Source: Candidatus Hadarchaeum sp. (GTDB lineage: Archaea; Hadarchaeota; Hadarchaeia; Hadarchaeales; Hadarchaeaceae). From it: a stretch of 64,000 nt of DNA. The stretch lies in assembly GCF_049969415.1 (NCBI RefSeq), contig NZ_JBMFOX010000003.1, forward strand, positions 8,960 through 72,959. The letters run 5' to 3'. Positions 38,144 through 47,429 of this stretch are shown one piece after another. Both the position numbers and the translations under genes were made by a program. The stretch's first letter is position 1. Every line of letters starts with the position of its first letter. The notes beneath the pieces were generated by a model. That model saw only the letters and a program-made list of their open reading frames with translations. It searched no databases and had not been told where the DNA came from.

Positions 38144-38276
38144 AGCCCCGTGGGGTAGACCCGCCGCTGGCGGGGCCCATCGGTCAATCCTGGCGGGCAC
38201 CAGCTGGCCGCAATCTGGACCCGCTGACCCCGGTTCGAAATCGACAGCGTCGACGGGAATCCGGGCGGGGCTACCA
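38144..38276 (+). tRNA. tRNA-Gln(CTG) with three introns (15/16: 38159-38180; 32/33: 38199-38213; 59/60: 38240-38259)
   Basis: Spliced: AGCCCCG TG GGGTAG CGGTCAATCCT GGCGGG CTCTGGA CCCGCT GAC CCCGG TTCGAAT CCGGG CGGGGCT A CCA; BHB helices GGGT/GCCC, GCGG/CCGC, TTCG/CGGG. Confidence 0.93.
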
Positions 38277-38361
38277 TTTTTCAGAAAAATAAGTCTACTC
38301 GCTGGAAATCGTCTGGAGAGGAGGGACAAAATTATAAAAAAAAGGAAGTCGCGCGGGGAGC

Positions 38362-38595
38362 TCAGACGTCGATGACGATGGCGGTGTTGGTGTCGACTAC
38401 TCCCTTGATCTTGTGGATGCCCTCGACCACCGCCCGGCTCAGCGTGTCCATGCTACTGGTATCAACGTGAACGATGATGTCGTAGGGTCCGGTAACGACA
38501 TGGACATTTTTCACGTCCTGCAGCTTCTTTATCTCCTTGGCCACCTGCTTCACCTTGCCGATGGCCGCGGTCACCAGGATATATGCCTGTACCAC
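38362..38595 (-). CDS. Lrp/AsnC ligand-binding (RAM) domain protein
   Basis: AYIL, VTGPYDII, I..IKGV.DT.T. Confidence 0.9.
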   Translation of the reverse strand: MVQAYILVTAAIGKVKQVAKEIKKLQDVKNVHVVTGPYDIIVHVDTSSMDTLSRAVVEGIHKIKGVVDTNTAIVIDV

Positions 38596-38651
38596 AAACT
38601 CACCTCAACGTTATCTCGCCCCGGTATTTTAAAGAGCTTTCGAGCGGAGGC

Positions 38652-38843
38652 TCAGAGCTCCTTTATCGCCAGCTTTTTGTGGAGCACCAGTTCCGCGGAC
38701 CTGACGACGGAACCGCCCGAGCCTATCGCCCTAGCCGCCTGCCCCTTGGGGACATAGACGACGAGCTGCTCCCCTTGCTCTTCAATCCTCTCTATGTTAA
38801 CCCCCAACATCGTTTTCAGTTTTTCCACAATGCCTTGATTCAC
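38652..38843 (-). CDS. single KH-domain protein (archaeal NusA-like)
   Basis: V.KGQAARAIGSGGSVVR GxxG loop; 63 aa. Confidence 0.7.
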   Translation of the reverse strand: MNQGIVEKLKTMLGVNIERIEEQGEQLVVYVPKGQAARAIGSGGSVVRSAELVLHKKLAIKEL

Positions 38844-38937
38844 TTGCTCATCTCCACGATATTTTAGGCAACTATTTATAAATCCTATCCAGACCAACTT
38901 TAAGGTAGTCTCCCAGCGAAGTTCATTTCTCAATATG

Positions 38938-39636
38938 TCAGCCTGCTGTGTACTCCAAGTTCAGGCCCCACCTGTTGTCCGTCAGCCGTTTCAGCTCTTC
39001 GCAGACACCAGGCACGTGACCGGCGCCTATCACGCAAACCACCCTTTTTCCGGAGAGCAGAAGGGACGCCAGCCTCATGGCCATGTGGCGATCTCTCTCC
39101 GAGATCAGGACCTCGTAGGCCCTCGGCGATAACTTCCTGAACTCCTGCAGCAGGTTTTCCACCACCTGCTCCTCGGTGAGCCGCCCCAGGTCAACGCCCT
39201 TGCCCAGCGGCAGCAGGCTGAGGATCAGATTTCCGAAGAGCCTGAGCTTCTCCCTCATCGACATCCCGCTCAGGAGCCTGTTGAAGGTGGTCCCGATGTC
39301 TTGGTCGATGAGGTGGACCTGGGCCCCGATTTCCCTGGCCTTTTGAATCGCGGTCAGCATCTCCTCTCCGGCCTCCACCCCGGTCTGGCGGGAGAATTTC
39401 CCCTGTAGCATCAGGATTAATGCGGTGAGCAGCCAGATGCCCGGGCCAGCGCGCCAGGCGTCAAGGACCCTAGTCTTGGCGCCGCGCGTCAGCGCCAGAT
39501 AGCGGGCGGGGTCCAGCTCCACCGCGACGATTTCCGGGCGCTCGGTCATAATTACTTGTTCGGCCTCGGCAACGCTTTTTGGTAGAACATGCGCCACACC
39601 GACGATGGTGAGGCGGTCGCCAATTTTCTTAATCAC
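38938..39636 (-). CDS. TraB/PrgY family protein
   Basis: IVGVAHV..SV, VAVELD..R, GEEM..A, LIDQDI, ERD..MA, VIGAGH. Confidence 0.9.
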   Translation of the reverse strand: MIKKIGDRLTIVGVAHVLPKSVAEAEQVIMTERPEIVAVELDPARYLALTRGAKTRVLDAWRAGPGIWLLTALILMLQGKFSRQTGVEAGEEMLTAIQKAREIGAQVHLIDQDIGTTFNRLLSGMSMREKLRLFGNLILSLLPLGKGVDLGRLTEEQVVENLLQEFRKLSPRAYEVLISERDRHMAMRLASLLLSGKRVVCVIGAGHVPGVCEELKRLTDNRWGLNLEYTAG

Positions 39637-40288
39637 GCTTGGCACCCGCGACCTGGTAAACCAGCAGGACGTCGCTGCCGACTCGGGAAACCTTGGAAAG
39701 CTTGAGCCTGACTCCATCTTTTACTCGAGAGAAACCGGTCCCCCCGACCAGTGTTTTTGCCTCCACCCCACCGACGATCCTAGGTGCGATGGTGATTTGA
39801 ATCTCGTCCACCAGCCCCTGCGAGATCATGTCCCAGTTCAGGGTCGAGCCGCCTTCAAGCAGTAGCTTCCTGATGCCCCGGCGGTAGAGTTCCTCGAGGA
39901 GCCGGCGCAGATCAATTTTTTCACCCTCGAAGACAATTACCTCGGCACCAGCCTGACGCAGCCTTTCGACCTTTTCTGCGTCGGCCACGCTAGAGACCGC
40001 CACGATGGTCTTGGCCGAGTTGTCCAAAATTTTGGCCCCGTGAGGGATCCGTGCCCTGCCGTCAACCACCACTCTGGCTGGGTTTCTTCCCTTCACCCGG
40101 CGCACGGTCAGCGAGGGATTGTCGGCGAGGATGGTCCCCGCCCCGACCATGACGGCGTCCATCCGGGACCGGAGCCGGTGCAGGCGGGTGAGGTCGGCCG
40201 CGGAGGAAATCTTGCTGTCGCCGCCCGCGGTCGCTATCTTACCGTCCAGCGTCATCGCGGCATTCAGGATCACATATGGCCGGGGCAT
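39629..40288 (-). CDS. 2,5-diamino-6-ribosylamino-4(3H)-pyrimidinone 5'-phosphate reductase (archaeal RibD-reductase, ArfC)
   Basis: RPYV..NAAMTLDGKIA, VMVGAGT..DNPSL, LLEGG. Confidence 0.9.
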   Translation of the reverse strand: MPRPYVILNAAMTLDGKIATAGGDSKISSAADLTRLHRLRSRMDAVMVGAGTILADNPSLTVRRVKGRNPARVVVDGRARIPHGAKILDNSAKTIVAVSSVADAEKVERLRQAGAEVIVFEGEKIDLRRLLEELYRRGIRKLLLEGGSTLNWDMISQGLVDEIQITIAPRIVGGVEAKTLVGGTGFSRVKDGVRLKLSKVSRVGSDVLLVYQVAGAKRD

Positions 40289-40513
40289 GTTCTCAACGAG
40301 ATTTAGGTCAGCCGCCTTTTAAGGGTTTAAAGCTGGTTCAGTTATTAATCTCGCTGTTTCAAAATATTCTCCAATCTTCGGTTAAAGGTGAAATATTTTC
40401 ACTATTTTCCGATTTTCCGGCACAATTTCAACGAATTCTCTTAAGTAGCACAGTGTGGTACCTCTCTCTGGGAGGTTAATTTGGAGGCGCTACAAAGCAA
40501 GGGGGTGAAAGAA

Positions 40514-40579
40514 ATGAAGAAAAAGGTCAAAGGCGCCGCGTCCAAGTCAGTCCGCAATCGCCCGGAAGAATGGGACTAG
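40514..40579 (+). CDS. putative 21-aa micro-ORF / leader peptide MKKKVKGAASKSVRNRPEEWD
   Basis: Strong RBS GGGGGTGA 5 nt upstream of the ATG; followed by a hairpin and T-run. Confidence 0.45.
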   Translation: MKKKVKGAASKSVRNRPEEWD

Positions 40580-40615
40580 ATCAACTTGGGTTTAAGTGCT
40601 CTGTGAGCGTTAAGG

Positions 40616-40648
40616 ATGAGGGCAGGCCTCGACCCCTGCCGCATTTTT
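40616..40648 (+). terminator. hairpin plus T-tract (possible terminator/attenuator)
   Basis: GGCAGG-8nt-CCTGCC, extended by ATG/CAT, then TTTTT. Confidence 0.45.
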
Positions 40649-40766
40649 GCAGTGGTTTGGCAAGTTTGAGCATGTGGAATTCATCCCGTGAGGTTCAATG
40701 CCTGAGACAGCCGCGATGGGTAGGTTATTTAACGAAAGAAAGCGTAGAAGGAGCGGACGATTGGCC

Positions 40767-42002
40767 ATGACGAAGATTTACATCATCGACGTCACCAACC
40801 GGGACGGGGTGCAGACCTCGAGGATCTGTCTTTCCAAGCTCGAGAAGACGATGATAAATCTCTACCTGAGCAACATGGGCATCTTTCAATCGGAGTTCGG
40901 ATTCCCCACGACCAACCACGAGGTCAATTACCTCAACGCTAACCTGAAGCTGGCGAGGATGGGTATCTTCGGTGATCTGCGTTTGGGCGGCTGGATTCGG
41001 GCCACGGACAAGGATGTGAAGCAGGCGTTCCGAAATGTTCCCGGCCTGGAGCACGTCAACCTCTCCATTTCGACATCGGACCAGATGATCCTGCACAAGT
41101 TCAAGGGGAAAATGAACCATGCGGCGGTAATCCAGGAGATGACCGAGGCCGTGGAAACTGCACGCAACCACGGAGCCAAGACCGTCGGCGTCAATGCGGA
41201 AGACGCCTCCCGGACGCGGCTGGAGTATCTGATTGATTTCGGCCTGGCGGCGAAGGAGGCGGGAGCAGACCGACTGCGTTACTGCGACACACTGGGGTAT
41301 GACAGCCCCTTCACCGTTTACGAACGGGTGAAACAGCTGGCCCAGGCGATAAAGATGCCCATCGAGCTTCACTGCCATAATGACCTGGGGATGGCGGTGG
41401 CGACCTCAGTTTGCGGAGCCATGGCCGCTAACGACGCCGGTTATGACGCTTACATCAACACCTGCGTCAACGGCATGGGGGAACGCGCTGGCAACGCGGA
41501 CCTAGTCTCCGTGATTCTGGCCCTGAAGTACAGCAGCGGTGTTCAGGGCAAGTACCGGCTCGATGAGAAGGTCGATTTGAAGATGGCGTGGAAGCTGTGC
41601 AAATACGCTTCCTATGCTTTCCGGGTCCCGATCCCAATCAATCAGCCTGGGGTGGGGGCCAACGCCTTCGCCCACGAGTCGGGGATTCACGCCGATGGAG
41701 CGCTGAAGGACCGGAGAAATTACGAGCTCTATGATTTCGAGGAGCTGGGCCGTGGTGAGCCCGAGGTCATCGAGACCGGTCGGGAGATCACCGTGGGGGA
41801 GTACTCCGGGATCAAGGGGTTCAGGAACGTGGCCGAAAAGCTGGAGATCGAGTTCAAGAACGAGGAGGAGGCTAGGAAGATACTGGAACTCGTGCGCTAC
41901 GCCAACGTCCTGAACCAGAAGCCGCTGGTCGAGGACGAGTTGCGGTTCATCGTCCAATATCCCGAAATTTGCCGCGAAATAATGGCGATTTCCCCCCCGT
42001 GA
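40767..42002 (+). CDS. DRE-TIM acyltransferase: homocitrate synthase / Re-citrate synthase
   Basis: DVTNRDGVQ, NAEDASR, CDTLG, HCHNDLGMA, NGMGERAGNA, AHESGIHADG. Confidence 0.88.
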   Translation: MTKIYIIDVTNRDGVQTSRICLSKLEKTMINLYLSNMGIFQSEFGFPTTNHEVNYLNANLKLARMGIFGDLRLGGWIRATDKDVKQAFRNVPGLEHVNLSISTSDQMILHKFKGKMNHAAVIQEMTEAVETARNHGAKTVGVNAEDASRTRLEYLIDFGLAAKEAGADRLRYCDTLGYDSPFTVYERVKQLAQAIKMPIELHCHNDLGMAVATSVCGAMAANDAGYDAYINTCVNGMGERAGNADLVSVILALKYSSGVQGKYRLDEKVDLKMAWKLCKYASYAFRVPIPINQPGVGANAFAHESGIHADGALKDRRNYELYDFEELGRGEPEVIETGREITVGEYSGIKGFRNVAEKLEIEFKNEEEARKILELVRYANVLNQKPLVEDELRFIVQYPEICREIMAISPP

Positions 42003-42135
42003 CTGACTGCGGGATTGCTGAGGTGTCAGTCCTTTTGTGTTTATAAAAAAGAAGACTTTTGAAGTAGCTATGGTTTTTTTGAAGGTTAAAAATTCAAATT
42101 ACATCCGGACCATAATTTCTTAACCGATGATAAGG

Positions 42136-42210
42136 GGCCAGGGCCGGGATTTGAACCCGGGACGCAGGCTCCACAGGCCCGAATGTTAACCAAGCTACAC
42201 CACCCTGGCC
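42136..42210 (-). tRNA. tRNA-His(GTG), intron-less, genomically encoded G-1
   Basis: G GCCAGGG TG GTGT AGCTTGGTTA ACAT T CGGGC CTGTGGA GCCTG CGTC CCGGG TTCAAAT CCCGG CCCTGGC C. Confidence 0.95.
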
Positions 42211-42418
42211 ACGGATAAACTTCTCCCTTTTCTTATTTAGGCTTGAAGCCGTGAAATTTTGGGCATTCAATTTTATATAACAACCGATTTCGGCTGGGGC
42301 ATATTCATGAAAAGCCAGACGTTGAGCAAACCCCAAACTGGTGCTCCCACCCGGCTAGCAGCGAAAGGTATTTTAGCGCGCCTCGTGAAGCAGAAACGGA
42401 AACTTGGAGAGACAGCGC

Positions 42419-44662
42419 ATGAGCGTGAAGTTCTCCGTTGTGGGAAAGTCCGTCCCCAAGCTCGACGCGGTTAAGCTCGCCACCGGAAAGGCGGAGTTTT
42501 TGGATGACATCAAGCTGCCCGGCGCTCTTTCGGTAAAGCTGTTTGGCAGCACGCGCGCCCATGCCCGGATAAAGAGGATTGACGTGAGCCGGGCGGAGCG
42601 GCTCCCCGGGGTTAGGGGAATCATCACTTACAAGGACGCGCCGCGGGTGCCGTTCAACCCGGGCGTATATTACCTCCTACCCAAGGACAAATACCTCTTC
42701 GATGAGAAGGTGCGCTACGTCGGGGAGCCGGTGGCAGCCGTGGCGGCGGTGGACGAAGACACCGCCGAGGAGGCGCTCTCACTGATCGAGGTTGAATACG
42801 AGGAACTGCCGGCGGTCTTCGACCCGGTAGCCGCCATGGACCCCAAGGCACCGCGGATTCACCCGCAAGGAAATGTAGCCGCCCATATCGCGCGGGAGTG
42901 GGGGGATGTGGAGAAGGGCTTCCGCGAGGCCGACCATGTCTTTGAGGGCAGGTACACCACGGGGCGGCAGGTGCACGCCACGATTGAACCCCACGCCTGC
43001 GCCGCCTCTTACGAGTCAGGCAAGCTGACGATTTGGACGACGAGCCAGATCCCCTTTCACGTCCGTTCCGTGCTCTCCGAGGTCTTCGGCCTTCCCCAGC
43101 ACCGAATTAGAGTGATCACTTCCTACGTCGGGGGAGGTTTCGGCGGCAAGGACGAGGTCATCCTCGAGCCCATCTGCGCCCTGATGGCTATCAAGCTTGG
43201 CGAAACCGTCAAGCTGAGACTGACCCGGGAGGAGGTCTTTCAGGCCACTACCACGCGGCATCCTTCCATTGTCTGGTTGAAGACTGGGGTGAAGAAGGAC
43301 GGCACTCTGGTGGCGCGGCAGGTGAGGGCCATCCTTAACACCGGGGCCTACGCCTCCCACGGCCCGTCGGTTGCCGGCGCCATGAGCACGCGGGAACTGG
43401 GCCTGTACAGATCACCCAACGTCAGTTTCGAGGCCGATGTCGTCTACACCAACAGCCCCACCGCCGGGGCCTTCCGCGGCTACGGGAACCCGCAGCAGAG
43501 CTTCGCCGTGGAGTCGCAGCTGGATGAGATCGCCGAGGCGCTGGGAATCGACCGCGTGGAGCTGAGACTGAAGAACACCATCAGCGCCGGGGAGATAAAC
43601 CCCGGCACCGGCCTGAGGATCGAGAGCTGCGGGCTGCAGGAATGCATCCGGAGGGCCACCGAGCGAATCTGCTGGCGGCAGAAGTCGCGGGACATCGAGG
43701 CGGGGAAGCTGAGGAACCGGGGCCTGGGCATCGCCTGCCTGATGCACAATAGTGGCGCCTTCCCCTACATCAAGGAGTCCTCCTCGGCAATCGTCCAGAT
43801 CAACGAGGACGGGACGGTACAGGTGATGACGGGTGCGGCCGAGATCGGGCAGGGGATTACGACGACCATCGCCCAGCTGGTGGCCGAGGAACTGGGCGTG
43901 GATCTGGAGAAAGTGGCGGTCACCCGCCCCGACACCGACTTTGTGCCCGTGGACCGGGGGACCTACGCCAGCGGTGAGCTCTACATCAGCGGCCAGGCGG
44001 CGAGGCTGGCCGCCGCGGACGCCAAGCAACAGCTGTTGAGGAAAGCGGCCGAGGTGATGAAGACCAAGCCGGAGGAACTGGAGGTGGTCCAGGGCATCGT
44101 CCGGCTGAAGAAGGACCCCAAGGTCAGGAAAACGATTCAGGAAATAATTGATGAGGTGGCGATCGTCGGCAAGGCCACCTACATGCCGCCCAGCAACGCC
44201 CCAATTTTCGGTGCCATGTGTCTGGAGCTCGAGGTCGATCCCGAGACCGGGGCGATCAAAGTCCTCGATATTGTCTATGCTGCTGATGTCGGCCGGGCGA
44301 TAAATCCGTTGATCGTCGAGGGACAGATCGAAGGCGGCGCGGTGATGGGTATGGGCTTTGCCCTAACCGAGGACCTGGTCCTGGACAGCGGCGGCCGCGT
44401 GATCAACCGGAACTTCACCGACTACAAGCTCTTGCATGCCTCGGACCTGCCGCGGATTGAGCCGGTCATCGTGGAATCCCTTGAGCCGACGGGACCCTTT
44501 GCCGCTAAGGGGGTGGGCGAGCCGGCCCTGGTTCCGGTAGCCCCGGCGATTGCCAACGCGATTTATCAGGCGGCCGGTGTCAGGATAAGAGACCTGCCGA
44601 TCACCCATGACAAAGTGCTGAAGGCCTTGAAGGAGTTAAGTTCTCGAAAAGCGTCGGGGTAA
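42419..44662 (+). CDS. xanthine dehydrogenase family molybdopterin-binding subunit
   Basis: VRYVGEPVAAV, VGGGFGGK, GAYASHG, AFRGYG.PQ, EIGQG, GQIEGG, KGVGE. Confidence 0.93.
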   Translation: MSVKFSVVGKSVPKLDAVKLATGKAEFLDDIKLPGALSVKLFGSTRAHARIKRIDVSRAERLPGVRGIITYKDAPRVPFNPGVYYLLPKDKYLFDEKVRYVGEPVAAVAAVDEDTAEEALSLIEVEYEELPAVFDPVAAMDPKAPRIHPQGNVAAHIAREWGDVEKGFREADHVFEGRYTTGRQVHATIEPHACAASYESGKLTIWTTSQIPFHVRSVLSEVFGLPQHRIRVITSYVGGGFGGKDEVILEPICALMAIKLGETVKLRLTREEVFQATTTRHPSIVWLKTGVKKDGTLVARQVRAILNTGAYASHGPSVAGAMSTRELGLYRSPNVSFEADVVYTNSPTAGAFRGYGNPQQSFAVESQLDEIAEALGIDRVELRLKNTISAGEINPGTGLRIESCGLQECIRRATERICWRQKSRDIEAGKLRNRGLGIACLMHNSGAFPYIKESSSAIVQINEDGTVQVMTGAAEIGQGITTTIAQLVAEELGVDLEKVAVTRPDTDFVPVDRGTYASGELYISGQAARLAAADAKQQLLRKAAEVMKTKPEELEVVQGIVRLKKDPKVRKTIQEIIDEVAIVGKATYMPPSNAPIFGAMCLELEVDPETGAIKVLDIVYAADVGRAINPLIVEGQIEGGAVMGMGFALTEDLVLDSGGRVINRNFTDYKLLHASDLPRIEPVIVESLEPTGPFAAKGVGEPALVPVAPAIANAIYQAAGVRIRDLPITHDKVLKALKELSSRKASG

Positions 44663-44787
44663 ATTAATTCCCGGTCTTTGCCAAGAAGGTCAAGCCACCT
44701 GAAATAGTTCCGGGTGGTTGGGAAATTTTTGGATCAGCGGTGCGGATGTTTTTAATACCTTGGAGCCTGAGGCCTGAATGGATTGCC

Positions 44788-44961
44788 ATGCCGAAGCCAC
44801 CGATTAACAAGGAATTGTTGGATATACTTGCCTGCCCCATCTGTAAGTCCGGGGTAAGACTGAGGAAGGGCAAGCTCGTCTGCATCCGGTGCGGTCGGGA
44901 GTATCCCCTCGTGGACGGAATTCCCATCATGCTGCCGGAAGAGGCCCGCCTGAAAAATTGA
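44788..44961 (+). CDS. Trm112-like protein
   Basis: LLDILACPICK...LVC.RC.R.YP..DGIPIML. Confidence 0.9.
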   Translation: MPKPPINKELLDILACPICKSGVRLRKGKLVCIRCGREYPLVDGIPIMLPEEARLKN

Positions 44962-45055
44962 CCCCCTTCCATTTCACCACCGTTATCATCCCGAAATTTT
45001 TGCTTTGGTTCGATATCCTTTTAAGCAGGGTTGACCATCCCTCTTAAGCGATTGG

Positions 45056-45952
45056 ATGCTGAACCAGGCCGAGAGGGTAACGGTAGCGTCAATCATCGTG
45101 ACGACCCTTTTGGGTGCAGTTGAGGTGGCGGTATTCCTGAGGTTTGGAATCGTCACCTTCTTCGCTGCCGGGCTGGATGCCCTCTTTGACACCGCCACCT
45201 CGATTGGGGTCCTGATCGGTCTCAAGGTCTCGGGACGTCCGGCGGATCGGGGTCACCTCTACGGGCACATGCAGGCCGAGACGCTGGTTTCACTGTTTCT
45301 CGCGGGTGCTTTAATCTTCTCCGCGGTGAGGATAGATCAGCTGGCGATCGAGAAGATCTTCGCCCAAACGCCGGCCGAAGTCAGCCCGGAGCTTTTCCTT
45401 CTGGCGACGTTTACCATAGTTTTGTTCAGCGCCCTAGCAAGATACAAGATCAAAATCGGGAGATTGTCTAGAAAAAACTCGGTGGTGGCGGACGGATATC
45501 ATACCCTCTCAGATGCTTTTTCCTCGGCGACCGTGCTGGCCGGGCTGGTGCTGATGAAATGGGGATACATCTGGGCGGATGCGGTCGCGTCCATCATCAT
45601 CTCCCTCGTGATTCTCCGCTGGGGGCTGGCCATTGGTTATGACGCGTTAAATGTGCTGATGGGCGCCAGCCCGGGTACAAAATTCATCTCTCGATTGAAG
45701 GACATCTGTATGGATGTCCCTGGAGTAAGCGGATGTCACAAGTGCCGGGCCCGGCGCGTCGGCTCCCGCATCCACGCGGACATGCACGTGCTGGTCGACC
45801 CCAAGCTGAGCGTCGAAGACTCGCACAGGGTTGCAACGAAAGTGGAGCGCAGCCTGAAGACTAGGATTCCGGAGCTGGCCTCGGTTGTCGTGCACATAGA
45901 GCCGGTGAGGAAAAACAGCCGTGGGAAAATGCCTCCGAGGCGCCCGGGCTGA
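45056..45952 (+). CDS. cation diffusion facilitator family transporter
   Basis: DALFD, PAD.GH.YGH, ADGYHTLSD, VVHIEP. Confidence 0.92.
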   Translation: MLNQAERVTVASIIVTTLLGAVEVAVFLRFGIVTFFAAGLDALFDTATSIGVLIGLKVSGRPADRGHLYGHMQAETLVSLFLAGALIFSAVRIDQLAIEKIFAQTPAEVSPELFLLATFTIVLFSALARYKIKIGRLSRKNSVVADGYHTLSDAFSSATVLAGLVLMKWGYIWADAVASIIISLVILRWGLAIGYDALNVLMGASPGTKFISRLKDICMDVPGVSGCHKCRARRVGSRIHADMHVLVDPKLSVEDSHRVATKVERSLKTRIPELASVVVHIEPVRKNSRGKMPPRRPG

Positions 45953-46481
45953 GTTCTTGTTCTTCGCAGCCAGAGCACTAGTTTCAGCTTCTGGACGAGA
46001 ACCTGAGGAAACCCCTCATCACTTGCGTCATGACCGTGATGGGGAAAAACGATAATCGGGACCTGAGTTACAGGATCAATGAACAGAGCGAGGTCTCATC
46101 GGATAGCGGGGGCCCGAAGCGGTTAATCTCAAAGAGCGGCGAATGAAGAGGATGGGCTGGAGTGTAAGGTGGTTGCAAGCTCATCAAGATGGGGCCTGAT
46201 ATTCTGGAAAAAGTTATTGTCGGGAGCGTCGTGAATGAGGAAATTTCAGCGCTAACTTCGGGGCATCACGTTGGTGCGGAGGGATAGAGCGCTGCTATCA
46301 TTCAAATCTATCAAGCTAAATTTTAAGAACCGGGCAGGATCTGGGCAGGATTTTTGTGGTCTTTTGGGGGTTGGGTGAAGTCATGGCGCCTACGGTGCCT
46401 TTTTTACTAGGAGGGACCGCACAAATCTTGCTCGATGCAGGAATACCGATGCTTTTATATTAAAAGTAAGACTAGGCTTAC

Positions 46482-46757
46482 TTGGTGGGATACGTGACGC
46501 TGGCCGTGACCAAGACCTCCATCAAGGGGCAATTGGTAATCCCGAAGGAGATAAGGCGGGAACTCGGGATAAAAGAGGGCCAGTTGATGCTGGTTTACGC
46601 CGCCGGCGACAGGATCATCTTGAAAAAGGTGGAAGCTCCAGAGCCGGGTCTGTTTTCAATGCTGGCCGAGCCCATTAGGGCAAAAGCCAGAGAACGGAGA
46701 GTTACCCGAAAGGATGTCGAGCGCGCGATCAGAGAGATTCGTGGGCATGCGGAATGA
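46482..46757 (+). CDS. AbrB/MazE-family antitoxin (VapB-type)
   Basis: KGQLVIPKEIRRELGIKEG; overlaps the downstream PIN gene. Confidence 0.9.
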   Translation: MVGYVTLAVTKTSIKGQLVIPKEIRRELGIKEGQLMLVYAAGDRIILKKVEAPEPGLFSMLAEPIRAKARERRVTRKDVERAIREIRGHAE

Positions 46758-47167
46758 AGCCTGTGATAGTGGTAGCCGACACGAACGTCCTCGTTTCCTC
46801 ATTGCTTTGGGAAGGAAACGAATCAAAAATCGTGGAGTTAGCGGAAATAGGAAAGATAAAGCTACTCACATCAGCTGCACTTCTGGACGAGCTAAAAAAA
46901 GTTTTGATGTACGAGAGGTTTGGCTTGGACGAAAAGACGGTTGATGATAGTGTCAAATACATTTTGACTATCTCCGACATCATCTCGCCAAAGCGCAGTG
47001 TCAGGGTAATCCATGAAGATCCGGCCGATAATGAGGTGCTGGGGTGCGCCTTGGAGGGAAAGGCAAGGTACATCGTTTCTGGTGACAAGCATCTGCCGCG
47101 ATTGAAGGAATTTGGGAGAATCAAGATAGTACGCGCCAAGGAACTTCTAAACATCCTCAAGATTTAA
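46754..47167 (+). CDS. PIN-domain toxin (VapC-type)
   Basis: VVADTNVLVS, EL..VL, DPADN..L..A, YIVSGDKHL. Confidence 0.92.
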   Translation: MKPVIVVADTNVLVSSLLWEGNESKIVELAEIGKIKLLTSAALLDELKKVLMYERFGLDEKTVDDSVKYILTISDIISPKRSVRVIHEDPADNEVLGCALEGKARYIVSGDKHLPRLKEFGRIKIVRAKELLNILKI

Positions 47168-47429
47168 CCGTGCCAAATCCCCATGCATCGCGTGGGTTGC
47201 ACTGCGCTGCCCAACATCCTCGCTTTGCTGGGGCAGAGTATGGTTTGATTTCTATCTCATTTTGTCGGTTTAATTTTTCGCGATGGCGATGGTAGGGCAA
47301 CAACCGGCGTTTTGAGGGATATAAACCTAGATGGAAATTCAAACCGTGCTCAAAAATCGATCCTTGTCAATAGGCCTCCTTTGACAGAAATCCGCCGGTA
47401 TCTTCCTCATTCGGTTCAGTGAAAAAAGG

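Noticed and set aside
42419-44662. Aerobic CO dehydrogenase (CoxL)
   Set aside because: Active-site loop is AFRGYG rather than AYxCSFR, and coxMS are absent.
45953-46480. ~530-bp region without a long ORF
   Set aside because: Could be a decayed gene, but no family motif or convincing RNA structure was recognisable.
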